DNA of 62,583 nucleotides, counting the filler. It is 4 parts of 4 records of this genome, joined end to end, with 100 filler letters (N's around TTAATTAATTAA, not from the genome) between each part and the next. Parts side by side here need not be neighbours in the genome. Positions count along the whole stretch, not along the records: positions 1 to 29,313 come from SRR20825019_3051; 3 more parts are not named here. One strand, given 5' to 3'. Below are positions 11,477-22,409 of this stretch, piece after piece. Numbering within the stretch: the first letter of the stretch is position 1; each line of letters starts with the position of its first letter. The position numbers and the translations under genes are program-made. The notes beneath the pieces are model-generated. The model was given only the letters and a program-made list of their open reading frames with translations, was not told the origin of the DNA and made no database searches.

Positions 11477-12905
11477 ATTCTAATCATGCGGCGCCGCTAG
11501 CTTGTTCTCCCTCAGCCCCTCTCCTGCCCTCTGACCAAATTTCCCTCTCTTCGTTCCCAATGCAAAGGGGAGAAGTAGAAAGAAAGAATATAGCAATAAT
11601 GAAACAAGAACACTGAATTGTCCGAATCATAGATCTCCCATATCAAGAACAAAAACATCCAAGAATGTGCACCCAAGAGTGTGCCAGTATCATGTTAGCA
11701 TTTGTTCAATAAAGTCAAATCATGAAGGCTAGATTATCTGAACTGATCATGAAGATAATGCGTGCTCTGCCCAGACCAATTCTCGAAGCTGTAATGATTA
11801 GGAACGCGAAATACCCGTGTGAAACTTATTGAACAGCACGTACACTGCGTATTCGGAATGCTGAAATACAGTCAGGCTAGTCTCAAAGGATCACCACGAG
11901 TCCGCTCAGGATGTATTCGACTGTGCACAACGTAGATAGATGGTGATGGACCACCACACCGGCACCAGCAAGCGCCAGCCAGCGGGTACTGTGCCCACCT
12001 TGTGTACTAAGGCGCCAAGTCGTTGGCGATAAGGTACATGTATCTAAAATGCACAGTATAGTAGGAACAGCAGTGTCATAGCGAACATTGCGAGCCACAT
12101 CGTCCAAGACCCAGCCTGGCCTTATTGTTTGGTATTTCTCGATATAAGGTCACAAGAAGTAATCAGTAAACACCATCAATGAAAGCAGTTCAAGAGCGGG
12201 TCAGCTTTGCCCTCAATCAACTCGCGTAACTTACGTCGTTGTTGCGAATACCGCTGCTATGAGTCCCACGATAAATACCTACATAGCTTTGTAGAATGCT
12301 GGTACGTGCCCACAAGGGCCAGTCAGTCAACCTGTCCACACGTCTTGGGTACGGGGGGCCACCGTCCAAAGCCTACGTCTACCTGACATCAGAGACCGCG
12401 AAAGCTATCCTATGAACAAAGGGGCGATGGGAGTTGGTCCCATACAGTCGAATGCTCGTCGAATGGTGCCGGCGGCCGCGGGCCCGGCGCCGCGGGAGAG
12501 CCCTTCTTCGTGAATGAAGCACTTATTTTGTCGGTTCCTAAATATAGAAGCATTTACCAGGCGATCCTGTCCCGGTCTGGGTCTCCGTCTGGGTAGTGCC
12601 TCACTGACGGCCGCCGGCCCTTCCGGCGGCCGGGGGGCGCCCCGGGCCGGTTCAGGGCCCGGTCTGGCGGCCCGGTCAGGAGCTGCTCCCCGGGGGCGGC
12701 CTGGTACTCCCGCCGCCCCTCCAGTGGTTGAGGGCACGGCTCACCCCACCGCGCGCAATGACAATCACAGGCCGGTCGGGCGCCCACCAACCACCCCTTC
12801 CACCGGCTGGCCCGCCGTCGCTGAGCCCGCGCCCCAGTACTGGCTTTGGGCCGGTACGGGGCTATATATGATCGCGTGGAAGGGGGCAGAAGGGTGGGGA
12901 TCCAC

Positions 12906-14177
12906 ATGCTCGCCAGCATTCGCTCTCTGTTCACAAGAAGCGCACCGTTGACAGAGGCCATGACTGCAGACGCGATGACCTGGGAGGAGCTAGCGGCCCA
13001 CGGGAGTCAGAAGGGCGAGGATCTATCGCGGGGTGCGACCAACATGCGCGCGTCCGTCCGCCTCTTCGGCAAGGCGACGGAGAAGGACGTGAAGGTGACG
13101 CTCTACCGTGACAACCACGGGTGGTGCCCCTATTGTCAAAAGGTGCTGTTGTGGCTCGAGGAACGCGAGGTACCGTACTATGTGGAGAAGGTGACCATGT
13201 TCTGCTACGGCGACAAGGAGCCCTGGTACAAGCGCATCGTTCCCTCTGGAATGCTGCCCGCCGCACGCATAGACGGCCAGTTGTACACAGAGAGCGATGT
13301 GATACTTGGTGCGCTGGAGGCCAGATTCGGGGCTGTGGGCCGCGGGATGAGTGACCCGGCCGTTGTACCCCTGCGAAAGCTGGAGCGGACGCTGTTCCGG
13401 GCGTGGTGCCAGTGGCTGTGCTACCCCGCACGGTCAGCTGGGGAAGAGCGGGCGGCGGAGGGCCAGTTTGTGGAGGTACTGACCGCGGTGGACCGCGCGC
13501 TGGGGTCCACCTCCGGGCCTTACTTTCTGGCCGAGTTCAGCACCGCAGATGTGGTGTTCACGCCGTATATAGAGCGCATGGCGGCGTCGCTGTTCTACTA
13601 CAAGGGGTTCAACGTGAAGGACGAGGACAGATTCCCACGGGTGGCCGGATGGTTCCGGGCGATGGAAGGGCGGTCCACCTACCGCGGCACCCAGTCAGAT
13701 TATCACACGCACGCCCACGACCTGCCGCCACAGATGGGGGGCTGCTACTCAAGCGGGACGGCGGGGGCCCGCAAGTGCAGTGCGCTGGTGGACCATGGCC
13801 CCTATGAGCAGGTGCCTGATGCGTCGTATGGCCAGAGCCGCGAGGAGGCGGTCGCGGAGGCCGTGCACCGCGTGGTCAAACACCACCACGTCCTCGCCAA
13901 GATCAACCCAGGGCCCCATGCGGACGCTGCTCTTAGATGTGCACTCACAGGGCTGGTCCGCGGGCGGGTGGTGACGCCGCCGCCCGGCACTGACGTCACC
14001 CTGCGCTACCTCCAGCAGCGCATCAATGTGCCCAGAGATATGGGCCTGCACGCGGCCCGGGTCCTGAGGGCAGCCCTGGGTGAGCATGCGGCGGCGGTGG
14101 GTGAAGGGGAGGGGCCCGTCATCCCTCTCCAGCACCGCCTCGACCAGGATCCCAGCCCCTTCCGCACCAAGGCCTGA
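12906..14177 (+). CDS. Glutathione S-transferase family protein (Cys-GST, CPYC active site)
   Basis: LYRDNHGWCPYCQKVLLWLEE, GMLP...DGQLYTESD, and GPYFLAEFSTADVVFTPYIER. The first ATG is at 12906. Intronless. Confidence 0.88.
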   Translation: MLASIRSLFTRSAPLTEAMTADAMTWEELAAHGSQKGEDLSRGATNMRASVRLFGKATEKDVKVTLYRDNHGWCPYCQKVLLWLEEREVPYYVEKVTMFCYGDKEPWYKRIVPSGMLPAARIDGQLYTESDVILGALEARFGAVGRGMSDPAVVPLRKLERTLFRAWCQWLCYPARSAGEERAAEGQFVEVLTAVDRALGSTSGPYFLAEFSTADVVFTPYIERMAASLFYYKGFNVKDEDRFPRVAGWFRAMEGRSTYRGTQSDYHTHAHDLPPQMGGCYSSGTAGARKCSALVDHGPYEQVPDASYGQSREEAVAEAVHRVVKHHHVLAKINPGPHADAALRCALTGLVRGRVVTPPPGTDVTLRYLQQRINVPRDMGLHAARVLRAALGEHAAAVGEGEGPVIPLQHRLDQDPSPFRTKA

Positions 14178-14700
14178 TGCGCGGATGCGCTGGTTGCCTG
14201 CCGGCGACTCGTTGCTTGGCTCAGCAACGTCATGGAAAACTGGTATCCGACCATCCCGGACATAAACGCTTTGATCGAACAAATCTTATTGTTGACAAGT
14301 ATCAACCATTGTCTCATCCTCAAGGTGCGTAGGTCACCGCACCGGCGTCCCGGCCGGGCGCCGGCGGCAGTGACTCGGCCGCTTGCCGCAGGGCCCAGTG
14401 CTTGCCCCAGGCCACCGCCGCATGGGACCGTGATGACGATAATGCCTGCCCAACACCACTCCATGGCACGCTCAGCCGAAGTCACCCACCCGAGGACGGG
14501 CCATGACTACTCGGAGCGTTGGCGGGGAGTCCACGAACGGGTCTATGGACGGCCGCCGGCAATAGACCTCGTGAAACGCACCGGCCACCGTGGGGTGCGG
14601 CAAGCCCGCGCCGCACTGGCCGCCGGGTGGTGCCGGCCCACAGTTATATAATACCGTGGTCATAGACACCTACCCTCATGTACCACCCTATTGCCTCACC

Positions 14701-17498
14701 ATGCGGCAGTTGCTGATGCTTCACGTGGTGCTCGCACTGATACTGGCAGTGGAGTGCGGAATGAAGAAAACGGGCGTCATGGACGACCAACTCAATGGCC
14801 CTTCCGTGCCGGCAAAGACTCTCATCGCTGAGCGCACACGCGATGCGAAGTCATTCCCTAGTAACAAGGGCAGGAACTTTCCTGAAAGATATACGGCTAC
14901 AGAGGGCGAAGAAAAGTGGTTTCTCACTGATGAGGAGATCTCGCGCACCCGCGCGGGGGTCAGCCGGTCGCCCATCCAGGGTGTGACGGGTGGCAATATA
15001 GTGCGGCCCCTGATTGATGGGGAGCGGTTCATGCACGAGTTGTATGTTGATATTGAGAGTGCGAGGGAGGGCGACTATGTTCACGGGACCGGGTTCGAAC
15101 TCGGAGGTGACATCATGCTGTGGCCGCGTGAGGCGGAAGACGACATGCCGGCCAACGTCAAGGTGCTGGTTAAGGAAAGGAGCGAGCAGACGACCTTGCA
15201 TCGCACGCTGGTAAGGGCCATCCAGCGAGGAGTCCACGTGCGAGTGCTGGTGAACAAGAACTTGATGCTGCGGAAGGGTGGTGCCTTCTGCGCGCCGCTC
15301 AACGACGCATGCGCCCAGGTTAGCGGTAAGGTGTGCTGCATAGCGGACGACCGCCACAACGGAAAGGGAGGCTCGATGCACGGCAAGATGTGGGTGTTCG
15401 GATTCAGGGGAGGGCGCCGCGTGAAGGCTTACGTGGGCGGCATGGACGTGGGCAGCATGCGTTATGACACCAGGTAGGCAGTCCCGGATGGAGGCGTGTG
15501 CTTAGCCATTCTGACCCACTTCAACCCGCAGCCTTCACAACAACGGGGCGCTGAGGAGGATGCAGCCTGCCGGGCTCCAGCCGTATTACGGATGGCATGA
15601 CACCATGTTCCAAACCGAGGGCCCGGCCGCCGCCGACCTTGCCCGGCACTTCTATCAGCGCTGGAACGATGAGGTAAAGCCGTCGCACTGGATAGTACCC
15701 GGGTGGGAGACCGCCTACGAGGGGGTCGACTGGGTGGAGCCGGACACCTCGGGTGTCAAGGGGACTCTCGCTGTTCAGTTCCTCCGCACTCTGGCTTGCA
15801 AGGCCAGTGCCAGGTTCGGCTACTACCGCAACTTCGCGCCTTACGGCGAGGTGAGTGCGGGGAGCGGCCACGGGTCATTTGCGCGTGCTGACGCTACCAC
15901 CGTTGGTGACCGCTGCAGTTCACATTCAGGGCGGCGTTCAAGAAGCTGGTTGAGAACGCCAAGGAGTTCCTGCACCTGGAGGACCAGTTCATGTTCTATC
16001 CGTGGGCGCTGTACCTTGTGCGGAAGGTAGGTCACCCGTCACCCCGCTGCTTTCACGTTGCTCACCCGTGGCCCGTCTGCTCCAGGCCCTGCCGCGAATT
16101 AAGAGCCTCGTCATTGTCACCGACACCTGGCGCAGCATGATTCTCAGCCCCAACGCGGGCGTGGAGATGCATCAAGCCGCCGAGATGAAGCGGTACTACC
16201 AGGCCAAGGTATATATACGGTTCTACTATATGTGCAGTGTACTAGTGTCAGATCAGTATATAGTCCACCGAAGCGTGTGATGTGACTTGGCTTAGCTAGT
16301 GCTGTCTGGACCCGGCGTGTGAACATTACCGATTCATGATGAACTGGTCACTGTATGCTAACTGGGTGTGCGCAGGCGTTCGATGAGCTGCTCAAACCGG
16401 ACGAGGACGGGACCACCTATCGCGACAAAGTGCATTCGTACCAGCTCATCAGGCCCGAGGGTAACCCGAAGAACAATGAGAACCTCATTTACCTCCACTC
16501 GAAGAACTACATCGCCGATGACGAGTTCATGATTGTGGGCTCTGCGGGCATCGAGGAAGCAGGCTTCACGAACGAGGAGGAGGTGGCGATCGGCATCTAC
16601 GACAGAGAGAAGGTCAAGGGCCCCACGTCATTCGTCGGGCGCTTCAGGCGGCGGCTGTGGGCAGAGTATATTGCGACCAGGTTTAAGGATTCATCCACAT
16701 GGACAGATGACCTCCTTCGCCTCGAGAAGTCCGCCAAGGAAACGCACACCCCCCTGAGACCGTACTGGCCCTACTCCCATGTTTATGAGATGCAGAAGAA
16801 CGGAGAACAGGGTATATCGTCATTGATGAACCCAATGGAGCACATGATCAGCGGCGTCTACAAATTTTATGAGGTAAGTCGCCGCCGTCTCCGGCCTGTC
16901 ACATGGACGTCTGTATATCGATCTGTGCCTGTGTGTTGCTTTCCGTACCTTATAATTACACTACCTGTGCACGCTGGCCGGCTCGATCATGGGGCGCCGC
17001 GCCTCTGTGATCGACGGTGATATGAATCTGTGATGAGGATTGTGTGCTGACATATGCCTTGTGCAGAACAATGGAGAGTGTGATGAGACCGAGGTGGAGA
17101 GCATACACCAGATGTTGGTGAAAGGCAACATTGAACGTAGAGCAAGCTTATACGGCGGGATGGACCTTGGAATAGATCTTTACCCTGGACCGGAGGACGA
17201 GCCAATTCGATCGCAAGACACTGTCGCACCTGACGGCGCCGTGACAGAAGACAATGTCCAATCCGAACCCTTGGTGGCGGACGGTCACAGTCTGCGGGGC
17301 CCGCCGCTGGAGCTTCCTAAGTTTCCTCCAATTGTCGGGATCGATCGGCCTGAGCCGGACACGCAGTCCTTATCTCCCAATGGAGCCCCGACAGCGGAGG
17401 AGAGCATGCTCGGCCACACAATATACCCGTCAGGATTTTTTGATATGAACACGGATCCCGGTACCCCCGACCACGCGAGGATGCGCCCATCCCGTTGA
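14701..17498 (+). CDS. Secreted phospholipase D-like protein (multi-exon)
   Basis: Signal peptide MRQLLMLHVVLALILAVECG. GNIVRPLIDG, first motif SMHGKMWV...AYVGGMD, GWHD, and second motif YLHSKNYIADDEFMIVGSA. GT-AG introns at 15474-15531 and 15851-15918, plus further introns near 16027, 16209 and 16874. The last exon (about 17067-17498) is less certain. Confidence 0.85.
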
Positions 17499-18791
17499 GG
17501 GCAGCTGCAGGGAAACATATTGGGTGCTATGTGGCCCGGGTACGGGCGAGTGTCCAGTTTTGTAATTGTTCCAATACAACGGATTTGTTGATGTTGTGAG
17601 TTCGGAAGCTGGTTCTGAATTTTGACTAATAAAGTCACTAACCATCGGGGCCCATGGTTCGAATAATTCTTTTGTATATATACATGTCCCATTTACGGAG
17701 GTGTCCCACTGTTTGCGGGCGCGGCACAAATACTGGCGGAGTATTGCGCGCCTGACACCGTCTGAATTTTCTCCGAAGTGCTCCGCTGAAACTTTTGGCC
17801 GAGCCGGGTCGGACGACCTCATCGGCCTGTCACGGCCCCACCACAATCGTGTGTGTCGCTAGCTGCCATTAACATTTAGGCACTGCGCACTAGAAGTACG
17901 TACAGTCTCGTCAGCTTAACACCGGAGTGATTTGAACTCATCGATGCATAGCCGAGTATCGGTACGTGTAGTCAAGTGGCCATCATTATGGCCCATCAAT
18001 TCAGTGCATATGGTCCCCATAGTCGCCCGGTGATTCACCGGCTGGTGGATCTTACTCACATACGGCCATAGTTAATCACCGCCACAAAACGAATTCAGTC
18101 GCTCTGCAGAGCTAGACACATGAGCGGATGGCAGATGCTGTGTATGGTCGTGATGGGGCAACCAATATAAAATAAATCTACAATGTAAAAGAATCCATAT
18201 AGTGGAGTTATATTGTAGAGCAGTGTCTTCAAGCCATGGGGCAATGCCTGCATGCACCCCACCCATCGACATGGTGTTTTCGGCCGGCAACGAGGTCCGG
18301 TTTGTGGCGTATTGCCTGAAACAATCCAAATGTGTACTCACCCCGGGACCGTGGAGTGTGGCCTGACGCGGCGGACCGTGTCCTCAAGGTGGGCGACCGT
18401 CGCCCCAAGGGTGTGCAGGTGGCCTCGCGTAAAATATTCATATATATATTGTAATTCTAATTCCCAAGCTTGACTATCTGCCGTGACAACTATAAGCTTT
18501 CATTTATTAGATATTAAGTTGAAGTTTCACATACGAGGGGGCTTGACAAAAAACCGAGGTCTTCTTCAAGGATATCGTCGCCGTGGCCCCACCCGGCGTT
18601 GATCCATCTCACCAGGGGCACTGATGGAGCTAGACATAGCTATAGGATGGCTGGTAAAGATCTGAGATTCTCTCCCGTCATATCCATATCGTGAGTTCCT
18701 GCCCTCCATCATACAATCATCATTCAAGCACGCAACATCGTCTATCACTATACTGAAATGAGGCAACAGTGACATGCCCATGCAAGTCAGT

Positions 18792-18875
18792 ATACATCAC
18801 TTGTTACGTCAGAGAGTAATATACATCACTTGTTAGGTCGGAGAGTAATACATCACTTGTTAGGTCAGAGAGTAA
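18792..18875. repeat. Three-copy tandem repeat (27-29 bp unit ATACATCACTTGTTASGTCRGAGAGTAA)
   Basis: Units start at 18792, 18821 and 18848. The third copy overlaps the stop codon of the minus-strand gene ending at 18860. Confidence 0.9.
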
Positions 18876-21379
18876 AAGGTTCTGGCGAGCTCTGCAAGCT
18901 CCCGGGCAGCCTCGGCTACCATCCCAGTCCTAATCGTGATAGCAGCATCCCAGCACCACATGACCTTTGCTGCCTCGACCTTGTCCACATTCACCTCCAT
19001 CTTTCGCTTTAGGGAACTTTGATCTTCATTGCCCCGCCCGGCAAGCCGCGAGTAGAGCTCGGACTCGGATGGCGGAAGCAGAAACACACAGCACACATCC
19101 CACTCCGCGGTATCACCCCCGTGAATCGCTGCTGCCTGTGACTGGTGGGCAGCGGTCTGGGGGCCAGTGGAATGAAGTTTCTCAAGCAACCCTTGCGCCC
19201 CTGAAGGGTTGGTGTTCTTGATTGGTACACGGCCGCCCCCGTGCGCATCCATCAGGGCAGCATATGTCACGCCGTACATATTCCCAAAGTTACACGCGCT
19301 CTCGATGAACATCCCCGCATCCTCGAGCTGAGAGAATGTCTCTATATCTACAAAGTGATAGCTCACCCCATCCTCCTCACCGGGTCGCGGGGCTCGAGTG
19401 GTATGGGCAATCACCCGGTGGAATCGCTCGCTGCAATTCTCGTAAAGCCAATCTTCCACCGATGTCTTTCCAACACCACTGGGGCCGCTTATTAGGATCA
19501 GCGGCTGCCTTGCTCTAGTCACGTTTGCTGATGCAACTGCGCCTGCCGTTGGAATACTCCGAAGGTCAGCACCAATGTTCACACCCTTGAACGGACTAGT
19601 CGGGAAAGTGCCGTCAGCAATGGCCACCCTTAACTCGTTCATAGATTGACGAAGCTCGCTGCCTTTATCCGCCGCCGGCTGAGCCCCGCCCTGGCGGTGA
19701 CCTTTTGTGCAGATACATCGCAGCAAGTGACGGCTTTCGTGACCATGGGGGGTTCGTCCGTTCTCGATCTCACAGGTGGAGCACCCGGCCACAAGGGAAG
19801 GGTACTGGCTACAGAACAAATTCCACAATGCCGCTGAAGACCTTTTCGATACCAGTGTCATTCCGGTGGAGGTCACATCCGTGTCATGTTGCAATGGCTC
19901 CACGCAGGTGGCTCGGCAGGCAGCCATTCGGAACGCCCATTCCAGGGCGTGGTACCCGTCCCCGAGCTGATCTGACTCCCGGGAGAGACGCAACAGCAAA
20001 TCACCCATGCACTGAGTGAAGGCATCGGCATCAGTCTTGCACGAGACAAGGCGGGAGCAGGCATCCGCAAGGGCGACGGCCGCACCTGGGTGCCTCGCCT
20101 CGCATCGATATGGGTCAACTAGGTGGGCGGGTACGGTGTCAAACAAATCGGTCAAGCGACTCTTGAGCGATGCAAAAACTCGCATCCGCCATCCCGCTTG
20201 GGTGCTCTCCCCAGCGTGGACGGCGGCCCCATTCCACGACACGATGATATGGCCTGCAAGAACCGCCCCACTGACCTCGCCCGGGCGCGCCCTCGGCCAG
20301 ACTCTACTGGAGTCCAGCAGCGAGGCCAGGAAGTCGACCACTCGGGGAGTCTGTGGGCCACCTAGAAGGAGGCCCAAACTCTGGCAGGCCGCACGGCGAA
20401 GGTACCATGGACTGCCCTCATCTTCACAAACCGGCATTAGGGCATCTGCATTCTTCTCCCTGACCGCCTTGGCCAGCCAGCGGGCCGCCCCCAGATGCGC
20501 ACCATCTGATCCTCCATCAACGGAAACGTCGCCCGCGTGATGGGGCTCTTGACTGCACAAGCCCCTGTATATCATGGACGCGACCCGCGCCATGTCACTT
20601 TGGGTTGATAGGCCCATGGAAAGGCATACGTCCTCAGCGGCCACGTAGCGGGGCTGTGCCAGCGGAGCTGGAGACAGCCGGACATACTGAAACTTAACCA
20701 GGTAGCGTACTCTGATCTCCTCGCCAGCGTCGGAATCCGGCCGGCTGACTACGGCGCGAGCCGGGGGATCCGACGTCACCACACCGCGTTGGTGCCACAG
20801 GCTCGGATGCAACAAACACAGCGTGCCGGCTCGGCACTCCAGCGGCACCATCATCCCCTGGACGTCAGGCTCGCTGAGGCCGAACTCACAGTCATCTATA
20901 TGCCGCGACAGTGATGGCGGTGTGTACATCGATCCCGGGACCACCTGCAGGGCTCCATGCCTCGCCCGTTGGTCGTGTACTGCAAGGAACCCCAGTATCA
21001 TTGACGGCCGTAACTCACGCACCGGCTCCGTGGCAAACAGTGAGTCCACGTGGGTGCCGCCTGGGGCCAGGGCCTGATGGTTGGTATGAATCGTGAAGCC
21101 AGGCATCACCGCGCACGGCCCGCCGAGCAGAGAGGACACTGCGCCCAGCACATTACTGGTGGTGGCAACCTCGTAAAGGCTCTGCAACAGGCGACTGTCC
21201 CTCGAGAAGGCCGTGCGGTGGGCATTAGGGTGGAGCTTGCTGCTTGTCTCTCCAGAGCGGTTCAGCCGCGCCGCTATGTCGCGGGTCTGGTCTGACGACA
21301 CCGCTGGCCGAACGGCGCAGTACCCGTCCGTGTAAAAGGACCGTTCCCCTAAAGAGCTGAGGTCATGCTCGACTAGCAT
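18860..21379 (-). CDS. Fusion protein: N-terminal PhyH-type 2OG-Fe(II) dioxygenase, helical middle region, C-terminal guanylate kinase-like domain
   Basis: Single intronless ORF with first ATG at 21379 (839 aa). PhyH motifs: FYTDGY, THVD, GALQVVPGS, AGTLCLLHPSLWHQRG. GK motifs: ISGPSGVGKT, HTTRAPRPGEEDGVSYHFV, FIE...GNMYGV, VFLLPPS. Confidence 0.82.
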   Translation of the reverse strand: MLVEHDLSSLGERSFYTDGYCAVRPAVSSDQTRDIAARLNRSGETSSKLHPNAHRTAFSRDSRLLQSLYEVATTSNVLGAVSSLLGGPCAVMPGFTIHTNHQALAPGGTHVDSLFATEPVRELRPSMILGFLAVHDQRARHGALQVVPGSMYTPPSLSRHIDDCEFGLSEPDVQGMMVPLECRAGTLCLLHPSLWHQRGVVTSDPPARAVVSRPDSDAGEEIRVRYLVKFQYVRLSPAPLAQPRYVAAEDVCLSMGLSTQSDMARVASMIYRGLCSQEPHHAGDVSVDGGSDGAHLGAARWLAKAVREKNADALMPVCEDEGSPWYLRRAACQSLGLLLGGPQTPRVVDFLASLLDSSRVWPRARPGEVSGAVLAGHIIVSWNGAAVHAGESTQAGWRMRVFASLKSRLTDLFDTVPAHLVDPYRCEARHPGAAVALADACSRLVSCKTDADAFTQCMGDLLLRLSRESDQLGDGYHALEWAFRMAACRATCVEPLQHDTDVTSTGMTLVSKRSSAALWNLFCSQYPSLVAGCSTCEIENGRTPHGHESRHLLRCICTKGHRQGGAQPAADKGSELRQSMNELRVAIADGTFPTSPFKGVNIGADLRSIPTAGAVASANVTRARQPLILISGPSGVGKTSVEDWLYENCSERFHRVIAHTTRAPRPGEEDGVSYHFVDIETFSQLEDAGMFIESACNFGNMYGVTYAALMDAHGGGRVPIKNTNPSGAQGLLEKLHSTGPQTAAHQSQAAAIHGGDTAEWDVCCVFLLPPSESELYSRLAGRGNEDQSSLKRKMEVNVDKVEAAKVMWCWDAAITIRTGMVAEAARELAELARTFYSLT

Positions 21380-22409
21380 GGGTGGGACGCAGGGCTCGCG
21401 AACAGTCTCGGGACCTAACCACTGCAGCCTCAGCCTGGAACACACCGCCACTCACCAGCTTGCCCCAACGTGACTTGACTGAGCCGTGACAAATAGTTAA
21501 CCTCTCAACAAGAGGCGAACCGCACGAGTGCCGCGGATGCCTGGCTAGCGCCACCTATGTGACCTTAGGGGCAGGGCTGACTCCAGGCGGATAGGCTAGA
21601 GCCCCGGTGAGGCTGTCATGCTGCTGGGTAGGGAAGGGCCGGGGGCCGGGCGGCACTTCAGCGGCTCAGCGGCCGGCGCGCCGGCGCACGCGCCGTGGAC
21701 CCGGGGGTGGGGTGACCAGCGGGCAGCCACTCCCGGCGCAGTCACGGCCACTGGCCGGACCGTGCGGCACGCCGCGGGGACCACCGGCCGGCTCCCCACC
21801 GGGGAGCCTTCCGGCGAGCTGAGGACTTCAACTTTCGGAGCAACTGAAGTCTGCCGGACTGAGAGGTCTTCCGATCAGTTGGTGTGATACTTGAGTGGAC
21901 CCAGACGAAAAGGGTATGGGTCAGCCCTCGGGTTCAGGTTCGGCCGGCTGACACGGGCCGCCCGAGTGACGTTGGCCGGCCGCTCCGCCGCCGGGATCCG
22001 CCACAGGACGGGCCGCCGGATGCGTGGGGCGCCGCGCCCGCGGCTGCCGTCCTCCGGCTCGGCTTCGGTGGGTGAATGGTCGGCGTCGGTGAGCATGTCA
22101 TAGTGAGGCCCCGCTCTAGCGAGTTTGAGTGAGGTACCACTGAGTGGCCGCCGAAACGCCGATCACCCTGGTCAGTTCACGAGGACCGCTCCGACTCCAG
22201 GCACACCCGGCCGCCAACCAGCCGATTCCCCAGCGCTCATCCGGACGGACCCGCACCAAGTGGGCCGGGCCTTGCCGGCAACACCATCCTGACTTCGACT
22301 GAAGCGAGCGGTGGGTGTGCCGCGGTTGAACCACCCAGCGCGGCGTTTGAAATAAACAGCCTTCGCGTCCTTAATTAAACCTCAAGCACCGACCGCATTG
22401 ATTCTCACC

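Noticed and set aside
18072-18781. Short ORFs between the PLD and PhyH-GK genes
   Set aside because: No recognisable motifs and no consistent splice model.
18792-18875. CRISPR array (three ~28-bp repeats)
   Set aside because: The repeats are directly adjacent with no unique spacers, there are no cas genes, and the context is eukaryotic.
22371-22378. TTAATTAA resembling the linker core
   Set aside because: A single 8-mer without flanking Ns, just upstream of the P450 start; likely a natural AT-rich promoter element.
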